Below are positions 1-6,770 of a stretch of 11,141 nt of DNA, one piece after another. This DNA is from Candidatus Sigynarchaeum calidifontis (GTDB lineage Archaea; Asgardarchaeota; Lokiarchaeia; Sigyniarchaeales; Sigyniarchaeaceae): NCBI GenBank assembly GCA_030587475.2, contig JAUQYZ020000196.1, forward strand, positions 1 through 11,141, given 5' to 3'. Each line of letters opens with the position of its first letter. Within the stretch, counting starts at the first letter, position 1. Both the position numbers and the translations under genes were made by a program. The notes under the pieces are model-generated. The model saw nothing but the letters and a program-made list of their open reading frames with translations, did no database searches and was not told the origin of the DNA.

Positions 1-333
1 GTCCTCGTTGATCGGCGTGGGCAGGCAGATGATGATGAAGTCGCTGTTCTGGATCGCGTGAACTGTATCGTTACTATACTCGATCATCTTCTTTTCATTG
101 CAAGCCACGAGCAGTTCCTCGAGCCGCGGCTCGTCAACGAACGTCTTGTTCTTCTTCAAGTCATCCAACAACGATGCGTTGATATCGACCCCGATCACGC
201 GGAACCCGTGCGATGCGAACTCGACAGCAGTCGGCAAGCCGATTCGTCCCAGGCCCAGCACGGAAATAACGGCCGATTTCGCCAGTACCTTGTCTTCCAG
301 GATCGCGAAGTTGGATGGTTGCATCATGATCAT
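1..333 (-). CDS. Nucleotide-sugar 6-dehydrogenase (UDP-glucose/GDP-mannose/UDP-HexNAc dehydrogenase family), N-terminal part; runs off the left edge
   Basis: Not in the ORF track. Manual translation gives MIMMQPSNFAILEDKVLAKSAVISVLGLGRIGLPTAVEFASHGFRVIGVDIN...DEPRLEELL...SDFIIICLPTPINED, with the Rossmann GLGxIGLP, GxDI, EP and ICxPTP motifs. An in-frame TGA lies directly upstream of ATG 333. Alternative starts at 327 and 324. Confidence 0.92.
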   Translation of the reverse strand, partial: MIMMQPSNFAILEDKVLAKSAVISVLGLGRIGLPTAVEFASHGFRVIGVDINASLLDDLKKNKTFVDEPRLEELLVACNEKKMIEYSNDTVHAIQNSDFIIICLPTPINED

Positions 334-408
334 TCAGAAAGCATCTTGAAATAAGACACGTTATGCTTCGCACGGTTCCCCTGGTGAAAGCATGTGACCA
401 CGTCCGGT

Positions 409-3081
409 TCAGAAGATGCCCGATCCGAGGATAGGCCGGCTCACCAGCACGTCCGGCTCGACGTGCCATTTCGAGACATGCGCATCCTTGAACGCGTCAA
501 CGACGTGCCTGGTATGTTCCCGTTCGACGAGCACCATGACGCAACCGCCCAGCCCTGCTCCCGATATTTGCGCTCCCAAGACACCAGGTCGTGTTTTCAT
601 GTAGTCCACGATGAAATCGATTTCTGGAATGCTGCACCGGTAACCACCAGGCACGTTTTCTATCGGTGTATCAGCATCGTATAGGCAATCAAGAAACGCC
701 TCGCTGAAAACGAGCCGGAATGGTCGAGGCTGCGAGCCTTGCGAGAAATCATCAAACGAAACAACGCGATCCCCGTCGTGAGACACGCACATCATCTGCC
801 CGATGGCGCCGATCGAACCGCTGGACAAGAGGTCCATGAACCGCCGGCTCCTGTGGCACTCGGCGATGCCATACACGAGCACTTCCCGCAGCGAGATCAC
901 GTCATCATCATCATCGAACGAGCTGAATTTCTTGCGCAGCGATTGGATGGTCTCGGAATGGAGATACAAGTTCAGATCGCCGAGCCGAATCGATTCCGAA
1001 ACGGCCTTCAACAGGCGATACACGTCACGGGGCGGCACGTGCAAGTTTTCGCCCGACACGTCCCGCAAATGATGCAGCCTGGCCTCGTGCTCGGGATGCC
1101 GCTCGCGCAGGATCTGGAAGCCGATTTCATAGGCGAGCACCTTCTCGTTGAACTGCCGCAGCTCGCTGCCGGACTTCTTGGCCTTCCGCATCGAGTTGAT
1201 CACGAGCAAATCGATGCCGGGCGGGAACGATGCAGACCCCTTGATCTCGAAGGGGAAAAAGCCCATGCGGGTCACGTGCCCGGGGCGGGCGAGCTTGATC
1301 GCCGCGTGGTCCGACGAGCCGCCCCGCGTCCCGACGAACCACTCGCCCTCGCCGCACAGGTCGATGAACTCCGACGGCTTCAGCGGGACGCCGTTCACGT
1401 TGATCAAGCACTCCAACATCGCCACGACGAGTGCCGACGAGCTCGACAGCCCGGCTGCTTGTGGTATGTCACCATGCACGTAGACGCTCGCCCCGTGCAG
1501 CGTCTTGGTAGGCATGCTGGCCTGGAGCCGCAACGCCGCGGCCTTCAAGTAGTTCGACCAGTCCCCCCCGGCATCCCGCACCATGGCATTTATTCGCTCG
1601 TTCGTGATGAAGCCGAACCAGTCGCTCCACTCGACTGACGAGATGATTTCCCCGATATCGAACACGCATGCCTTGTGCACGTCGTGGTCGTGGTTATACG
1701 CGACGATGACCGGGTCTTCGCGCGGCGCCGCGACGACGATGACCTCGCGGTCGATCGCGATCATGTTGACATCGCCACCGCGGTGGTCGACGTGGCGGCC
1801 CATGAGGTTCACGCGCCCCGGCGCCCTCGCGATGAAGGCTCCGGCGGCCTCGGGAAACTTCTCCTTGAACCCCGCGAGCGCCGCCAGGTACTGCGCAACC
1901 TTCTCATTAATGCGAGTATAGCCGACCCCGTAGATTTGCTCCATGCGAGCGAGCACCCGAGCGTCCCGCGCCTCGAAAGCACGGATCCAATCGTCGACAG
2001 GTCGCAAGCCGGGGATCATGCCCCGCGCCTCCCGGTCATGATCGACCGCTCGCTCCTTCGACGCGACGTACTCGTTAATTTTGACGAGCTCCTCCGGATT
2101 GTTGAAGGAGAGCAGCTCCTCGGGCCGCAGGAGGGGAACGGGAAGGATCTCGTGCCCGTGTTCGCTGAAAATCTGGACGATGTCCGTCAAGTATTCCTCG
2201 TTCTGTGCATTGTCGGACAGGATGCGGTCGATGTACATGTACCACAAAGCGCTCCTCGCGAGGTAGACGGAGACGTTCACGTGGCGGGCGGTTCGCTCGA
2301 TGTCTTCGGGATCCAGCAGCTCGCCTCGCAACCGGAATGCCCGGGGAACCGGCCCGATAGCCCGATGGATCGCTTCGAGCGTCACTTGGCCACGAGGCAC
2401 CGCCGCCGCGCCGCCGAACACGATGCCGGCAATCTCGGGGAACAGTTTCCGCGCCCGCTGCTCGTCCTTCAAGATGCGGATCATGGCTTGCCGTGTCGCC
2501 TCGATGATTTGGACGATATCGACGGGTTCCCGAGCCGAACCGATCACGCCCTCGATTTCCTTGGCGACGGCAGCCTTCATGATGTCCCAGTACTCGATGG
2601 ATGCGACGACCGCCCCGTCCTTCCCAGTCACGATCCTGCCGGAGTCGGGCGAGAACCGTTTTTCCTTGACGAGGAGGGCCATGCCGGGCGCATCCGCCTT
2701 GTATCGCGCGATCAGCCGCTCGATCGCCCCGGGCTCGACATGGGCATCGCCAGGCACGATGAGCACGTCGCCAGCAAAGCCCGATGCCTGGAGATAATGT
2801 AGCCCCGCCTTTGCTGCGTTTCCAGTCCCTCGCGGCATGGCCTGGTAGACGTAGGCGACGTCCGGGAACCGCTTCGACACCACGCCCATGACCTGGTCGC
2901 TGAATGCGCCGACGACGATGACGTTATGCACCACTCCCGCAGCACGCAAGTTTTCAAGCAGCCTGATGATGGCCGGCTTCCCCGCGATCTCGAACGTCGA
3001 CTTGTGCTTGTCCTTGACGCCCATGCGGGTGCCTTTCCCGCCGGCCATGATAATGGCGGCGATGCGCTGCGACTCGACCAT
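409..3081 (-). CDS. Bifunctional sugar-1-phosphate nucleotidyltransferase (GlmU N-domain-like) / GHMP sugar kinase (galactokinase/galacturonokinase-like) fusion
   Basis: N-half has AIIMAGGKGTRM, QxxPRGTGxA, VPGD, NAQNEEYLTDIV and SFNNPEEL. C-half has APGRVNLMGRHVDH, IPQAAGLSSSSAL, the catalytic-Asp region GGSSDH and GAQISGAGLGGC. Start placed at ATG 3081 (MVESQRIAAII, ~890 aa); the ORF is open to 3138. Confidence 0.9.
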   Translation of the reverse strand: MVESQRIAAIIMAGGKGTRMGVKDKHKSTFEIAGKPAIIRLLENLRAAGVVHNVIVVGAFSDQVMGVVSKRFPDVAYVYQAMPRGTGNAAKAGLHYLQASGFAGDVLIVPGDAHVEPGAIERLIARYKADAPGMALLVKEKRFSPDSGRIVTGKDGAVVASIEYWDIMKAAVAKEIEGVIGSAREPVDIVQIIEATRQAMIRILKDEQRARKLFPEIAGIVFGGAAAVPRGQVTLEAIHRAIGPVPRAFRLRGELLDPEDIERTARHVNVSVYLARSALWYMYIDRILSDNAQNEEYLTDIVQIFSEHGHEILPVPLLRPEELLSFNNPEELVKINEYVASKERAVDHDREARGMIPGLRPVDDWIRAFEARDARVLARMEQIYGVGYTRINEKVAQYLAALAGFKEKFPEAAGAFIARAPGRVNLMGRHVDHRGGDVNMIAIDREVIVVAAPREDPVIVAYNHDHDVHKACVFDIGEIISSVEWSDWFGFITNERINAMVRDAGGDWSNYLKAAALRLQASMPTKTLHGASVYVHGDIPQAAGLSSSSALVVAMLECLINVNGVPLKPSEFIDLCGEGEWFVGTRGGSSDHAAIKLARPGHVTRMGFFPFEIKGSASFPPGIDLLVINSMRKAKKSGSELRQFNEKVLAYEIGFQILRERHPEHEARLHHLRDVSGENLHVPPRDVYRLLKAVSESIRLGDLNLYLHSETIQSLRKKFSSFDDDDDVISLREVLVYGIAECHRSRRFMDLLSSGSIGAIGQMMCVSHDGDRVVSFDDFSQGSQPRPFRLVFSEAFLDCLYDADTPIENVPGGYRCSIPEIDFIVDYMKTRPGVLGAQISGAGLGGCVMVLVEREHTRHVVDAFKDAHVSKWHVEPDVLVSRPILGSGIF

Positions 3082-3235
3082 GAGATCGGCAACTCCCTGG
3101 ATACGAGTGCTATTACGGAACGGGACCATTTGAACCAAGTGGATGGACCGCGCCTTGATAATGCGGGAACGACATCGGCCGTGAAGGATCCATGTCGATC
3201 CACGAATCGCTGGCCATTACTCCCCCGCCACGATA

Positions 3236-3406
3236 TCACGATTCTTGCCGGCGTTCGCTCGTTTCACCAGAGAAGATGCGTTTCGTTCGTTCCAGGTCGG
3301 CCGCCATCTCCTCTCGTGTTTCTTCTTTCGGGTGGACGTGCCCGGCCGCGATGTATTCCATCATCTCGTTGATCGCGACCTTTGCGGCAGGGATCGCGGG
3401 ACGCAT
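3236..3406 (-). CDS. Small 56-aa hypothetical protein or gene remnant
   Basis: Manual translation: MRPAIPAAKVAINEMMEYIAAGHVHPKEETREEMAADLERTKRIFSGETSERRQES*. Protein-like composition and host-like codons (ATC, AAG, GAG). It fills the gap upstream of the fusion gene. No family recognised. Confidence 0.4.
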   Translation of the reverse strand: MRPAIPAAKVAINEMMEYIAAGHVHPKEETREEMAADLERTKRIFSGETSERRQES

Positions 3407-3573
3407 CCGCGGAGGGACGGATGCAAATCATAACGTCCACCGATAAGGCTTGAATAGGAGGTAGTTGATTACTTTAGCTATCGATCGCGGTGTTAGCCAT
3501 GTCGTGGAGTGCCATTCTTCGCGCTTGAACCGAACGGGATAAAAAAACGCGGCACGTCGTCGACGATGCAAGC

Positions 3574-3579
3574 AGGTGA
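3574..3579 (+). promoter_or_regulatory. Putative ribosome-binding site (AGGTGA)
   Basis: AGGTGA lies 6 nt before the TTG start at 3586. Confidence 0.5.
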
Positions 3580-3585
3580 AGCTTC

Positions 3586-4608
3586 TTGAACCTCATGATC
3601 ACGGGCGCGTGTGGTTTCATCGGTTCCCATCTGGTGGACTTTTGCCTGTCGAAAGGGCATCGCGTCCTCGCTACAGTCAAGCCAGGCATGGATCCGGTCA
3701 ATCTACGCCATGTCAATTGCAAGGGAAAGAAGCCACCATCGGGACTCGAGATCGTGGAGATGGACGTCCGCGACGCGATGAGCGTGCACTCGATCATCGA
3801 GCGATTCAAACCGGACGCCATCTTCCACATGGCCGCGCAGAGCCTCGTCCAGCCATCCTGGGAGGATCCCGTGGAGACCATCGACACGAACGTGAACGGC
3901 ACCGTGAACGTGTTCGAGGCAGTGAAGCGGTCGGGATTGAAGACACGCATCGTGGTCGCGTGCAGCAGCGCGGAATACGGCGTGATCTCGAAAGACGACG
4001 TGCCCATCAAGGAGACACTTCCCTTGCAGCCGCTCCATCCCTACGGAATCAGCAAGGTCGGTCAAGACTTGATGGCACGCCAGTACTTCGCCAACTTCGG
4101 CATCGACACGGTCAGGCTGCGGTACTTCAACCAGACTGGCATCCGGAAGGTGAGAGACGCGTGCGCCGATTTCGCCATGAAAATAGCCGAGATTGATGCC
4201 GGAAAAGCCGAGCCGGTGATGCATGTAGGCAATCTAGAGACGCAGCGCGACATTCAGGACATCCGGGACACGATCGCGGCCACGTGGCTGGCGTTCGAGA
4301 AAGGCGAGAAAGGCGAGGTCTACAACATCTGCACGGGCGTGCCGACCCGCATACGTGATGCGCTCGAGGTGCTGCTCAGCTTTTCATCGAAGCGGATCAC
4401 GATAATCGAAGGCACACCCGAGAAGATGCGGATCCAGGACGAGCCGGTCATCGTCGGGGATAATTCGCGTTTCATCAAGGCGACCGGCTTTCGCCCGGTT
4501 TACACCATCCGTGACACGCTGCGGTCGATGTTCGATTATTGGAAGGGCTATTACTCGTCGAATAACCCGGCAGGATATTACCAATCTTTTTACTTGAACG
4601 TGGCTTGA
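3586..4608 (+). CDS. Extended SDR, GDP-mannose 4,6-dehydratase / GDP-4-keto-6-deoxy-sugar reductase (Rmd-like) family
   Basis: ITGACGFIGSHL, HMAAQS..SWEDP...NVNGT, SSAEYG, YGISK (YxxxK), RYFNQTG and VGNLETQRD. It lacks the GMD-type STSE signature, so it is more reductase (Rmd)-like. Confidence 0.85.
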   Translation: MNLMITGACGFIGSHLVDFCLSKGHRVLATVKPGMDPVNLRHVNCKGKKPPSGLEIVEMDVRDAMSVHSIIERFKPDAIFHMAAQSLVQPSWEDPVETIDTNVNGTVNVFEAVKRSGLKTRIVVACSSAEYGVISKDDVPIKETLPLQPLHPYGISKVGQDLMARQYFANFGIDTVRLRYFNQTGIRKVRDACADFAMKIAEIDAGKAEPVMHVGNLETQRDIQDIRDTIAATWLAFEKGEKGEVYNICTGVPTRIRDALEVLLSFSSKRITIIEGTPEKMRIQDEPVIVGDNSRFIKATGFRPVYTIRDTLRSMFDYWKGYYSSNNPAGYYQSFYLNVA

Positions 4609-4809
4609 AACCCTTCTAACAGCACGTGGCTCATCCTGCTCGCCACGAGCCCATTTGATTCTCGCGGCTGGACACGTAAACCACGATGCCGGGTCCGGTC
4701 GGCGGGGAGATATAACGCCCGTGCGATTGTTTTTCAACGCACGATGCCTAATTAGGATCGCGGATCCCCCTGGTCATGCGAGGGTTCCTTCGTTCGAGGC
4801 GATCGATGG

Positions 4810-5754
4810 ATGCTGAAGGACAAGAACGTCCTGGTCACTGGCGCCGCTGGTTTCATCGGTAGTAACCTGGTGGACGCGCTGCTTGCTGACGGCGCCCGTG
4901 TCGTCGGCTTGGACAACATGTTCAACGGCCGGATGGAAAACCTCGCCACGGCATCAACCTCGCCCCGCTTCACGTTCGTGAAGGGCGACGTCCGGGACAT
5001 GGATTTCTTGCTCGAAGCCATGAAAGGCATCGACATCGTCTACCACGAGGCCGCGTTCACGAGCGTCCCGCAGTCCGTCAAGATGCCGCAGCTCTGCAAC
5101 GACGTCAACGTCGGCGGCATGGTCAACGTCTTGAACGCGGCGAGGATCCGGGACGTGAAACGGGTCGTGTTCGCGTCCAGCTCGGCAGTCTACGGGGACA
5201 CCCCGACGCTGCCGAAACACGAGGAGATGCCGCTGCACCCGATCTCGCCCTACGGCGTCTCCAAGATGGCGGCCGAGGCATATTGCATCGCCTACCACCA
5301 CGTCTACGGCCTTGAAACCGTCGCTCTCCGTTATTTCAACGTTTTCGGCTCCCGCCAGAAGGATTCCCCATACAGCGGCGTCATCGCTATTTTCCTCGCC
5401 AAGATCATGAAAGGCGAGAACCCGACCATCTTCGGCGACGGCAAGCAGTCCCGCGACTTCACCTACGTGAAGGACGTCGTCCGCGCCAACATGCTGGCGG
5501 CCACGTCGGTAAACGCCGCCGGCAAGGCCATCAACGTCGCGTCGGGCAAGCCCATCACGCTGAACGAGCTCACGGGGATCATGTTCAAGGCTTGCAAGCA
5601 AGACAAGTTGAAGATCCAGTACGCCGCCAAGCGGACGGGCGACATCCTCCACAGCTTCGCGGACATCGCGCTCGCGAAAAAAGTCCTGGACTTCGTCCCG
5701 CAGTACGATGCCGTGAGCGGCTTCGAGGATCTCGTGAAATCAATGAAGGGATGA
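4810..5754 (+). CDS. NAD-dependent epimerase/dehydratase, UDP-glucose/UDP-GlcNAc 4-epimerase (WbpP/GalE-like extended SDR)
   Basis: VTGAAGFIGSNL, ASSSAVYG, SPYGVSK, LRYFNVFGxRQ, YSGVI, IFGDGKQSRDFTYV and RTGDILHS. Confidence 0.9.
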   Translation: MLKDKNVLVTGAAGFIGSNLVDALLADGARVVGLDNMFNGRMENLATASTSPRFTFVKGDVRDMDFLLEAMKGIDIVYHEAAFTSVPQSVKMPQLCNDVNVGGMVNVLNAARIRDVKRVVFASSSAVYGDTPTLPKHEEMPLHPISPYGVSKMAAEAYCIAYHHVYGLETVALRYFNVFGSRQKDSPYSGVIAIFLAKIMKGENPTIFGDGKQSRDFTYVKDVVRANMLAATSVNAAGKAINVASGKPITLNELTGIMFKACKQDKLKIQYAAKRTGDILHSFADIALAKKVLDFVPQYDAVSGFEDLVKSMKG

Positions 5755-5774
5755 ATCTCGTTCCCGATTGGCAT

Positions 5775-5828
5775 TCATTTTTGCCAGACTTCCAGCCCCG
5801 TGAAGTTGAACTTGAACGGCAGGATCTG
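5775..5828 (-). repeat. Direct repeat copy A: orphan 3' end of the GHMP kinase gene (QILPFKFNFTGLEVWQK*); att-like
   Basis: 48/54 nt identical to 6717-6770. 5797-5828 is identical to 6739-6770 (CCCGTGAAGTTGAACTTGAACGGCAGGATCTG). Confidence 0.95.
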
Positions 5829-5918
5829 CCGCCGTGTTAAGCGTGCAGGCGATGGCCTAGAGCTGTTTAATGGGTATATATGCGTTGATTTATGCAAAAG
5901 ACAACCAATACAGATTAA

Positions 5919-5946
5919 TTCTCAAAACACTTGATCTTGTTGAGAA
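5919..5946. promoter_or_regulatory. Inverted repeat TTCTCAA-N14-TTGAGAA in the AT-rich TA promoter region; possible operator
   Basis: Perfect 7-bp arms about 40 bp upstream of ATG 5983. TATATA at 5876-5881 and SD-like GAGGTG at 5966-5971. Confidence 0.35.
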
Positions 5947-5982
5947 AAACAGTCCCATCGCACGAGAGGTGCCGGTATTACC

Positions 5983-6296
5983 ATGAAAGGTAAAAAAAAA
6001 AGAATGGAGACCTCGTAAGTCTTCTATCCATTCTTCGATCCAACTCGAACATTCTTCAACGCGAGTACAAGGTCGCTCGCATCGGTATATTTGGTTCACG
6101 AGCACGTGGCGATAGCTTACCTCGCAGTGATATAGACATCCTCGTGCAATTCAAGGAACCGGTTGGTTTGTTCCTTTTTTCCGGGCTCAAACAGTTCCTC
6201 GAGTCGATCTTCGGGCTTGATGTGGATCTTGCAACTCCTGATGCCCTGCGGGACGAGTTTCGCGAGGACGTGTTAAAAGAGGTGGCTTATGCATGA
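5983..6296 (+). pseudogene. mntA: Minimal nucleotidyltransferase (MNT, MntA-type antitoxin), frameshifted at an A10 tract
   Basis: The ATG 5983 frame gives MKGKKKRMETS*. The -1 frame, opening after TAA 5991-5993, gives KNGDLVSLLSILRSNSNILQREYKVARIGIFGSRARGDSLPRSDIDILVQFKEPVGLF...VDLATPDALRDEFREDVLKEVAYA*, with GS and DxD motifs. That frame has no ATG/GTG/TTG before the catalytic motifs. Its stop overlaps the HEPN start (ATGA). Confidence 0.88.
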
Positions 6297-6685
6297 AACC
6301 ACCAGCAAAATCCTCGAAGCCACAACGCCAACGCAAGCCAGCAAAGGGTCGGTCTGTCAAGCTATACTTGAAAGATATTCTTTCAGCGATTAACAAGATT
6401 ATTACGTGGACAAAAGGAATGAATTTCGAAGAATTCTCCAAGAATGACATTCTCGTTGATGCAATCGTTCGGAACTTGGAAATTATCGGGGAGGCAGCAA
6501 GTGTTCTCCCTCGGAATGTAACATCAACACATTCAGAAGTTCAATGGAAGCAAGTTGTCGGTATGCGAGATATCATCGCCTATGGATATTTTAAGGTGGA
6601 TCTCAATATTATCTGGACGACAATCTCAGAAAACCTACCTAAACTGCATCCGGTAATCGAGAAAATGATATCTGAAACCGAGTAA
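6293..6685 (+). CDS. hepT: HEPN/DUF86 family toxin (HepT-like RNase) with altered catalytic motif
   Basis: LYLKDIL..I..I, DAIVRNLEIIGEAA, W..VVGMRDIIAYGYF.VD..IIW. The canonical RX4HxY motif reads RDIIAYGY. Confidence 0.9.
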   Translation: MKPPAKSSKPQRQRKPAKGRSVKLYLKDILSAINKIITWTKGMNFEEFSKNDILVDAIVRNLEIIGEAASVLPRNVTSTHSEVQWKQVVGMRDIIAYGYFKVDLNIIWTTISENLPKLHPVIEKMISETE

Positions 6686-6716
6686 AGAAACCAGGAATAA
6701 ATTATAGCCATTATCC

Positions 6717-6770
6717 TTATTTCTGCCACACTTGCAAGCCCGTGAAGTTGAACTTGAACGGCAGGATCTG
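6717..6770 (-). repeat. Direct repeat copy B: current 3' end of the GHMP kinase gene (QILPFKFNFTGLQVWQK*)
   Basis: Matches 5775-5828 with 6 mismatches, all in the distal 22 nt. Confidence 0.95.

Larger units (their letters stand above)
5797..6770. mobile_element. Small integrated cassette (942-bp repeat unit) carrying an MNT-HEPN TA module; no recombinase
   Basis: Flanked by 32-bp identical direct repeats within a duplicated gene end. AT-rich relative to the flanks (19/60 GC at 6361-6420 vs 40/60 at 5461-5520). Confidence 0.75.

Noticed and set aside
2284-2580. Intein within the nucleotidyltransferase domain
   Set aside because: No Cys/Ser start or His-Asn end followed by Cys/Ser/Thr, and too short.
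739-2802. Long + strand ORFs (739-1638, 1675-2802) and similar antisense ORFs elsewhere (4954-5652, 7869-9002, 10521-11030)
   Set aside because: Shadow frames of GC-rich genes on the opposite strand, with no recognisable motifs.
4609-5842. Integron attC sites (TCTAAC near 4615, GTTAAGC near 5836)
   Set aside because: No matching complementary R''/R' boxes at a suitable spacing, and no repeated cassette structure.
5775-6770. DGR template/variable repeat pair at a gene 3' end
   Set aside because: Mismatches are not adenine-specific on either strand and are mostly synonymous. The repeat is only 54 bp, and there is no reverse transcriptase in the window.
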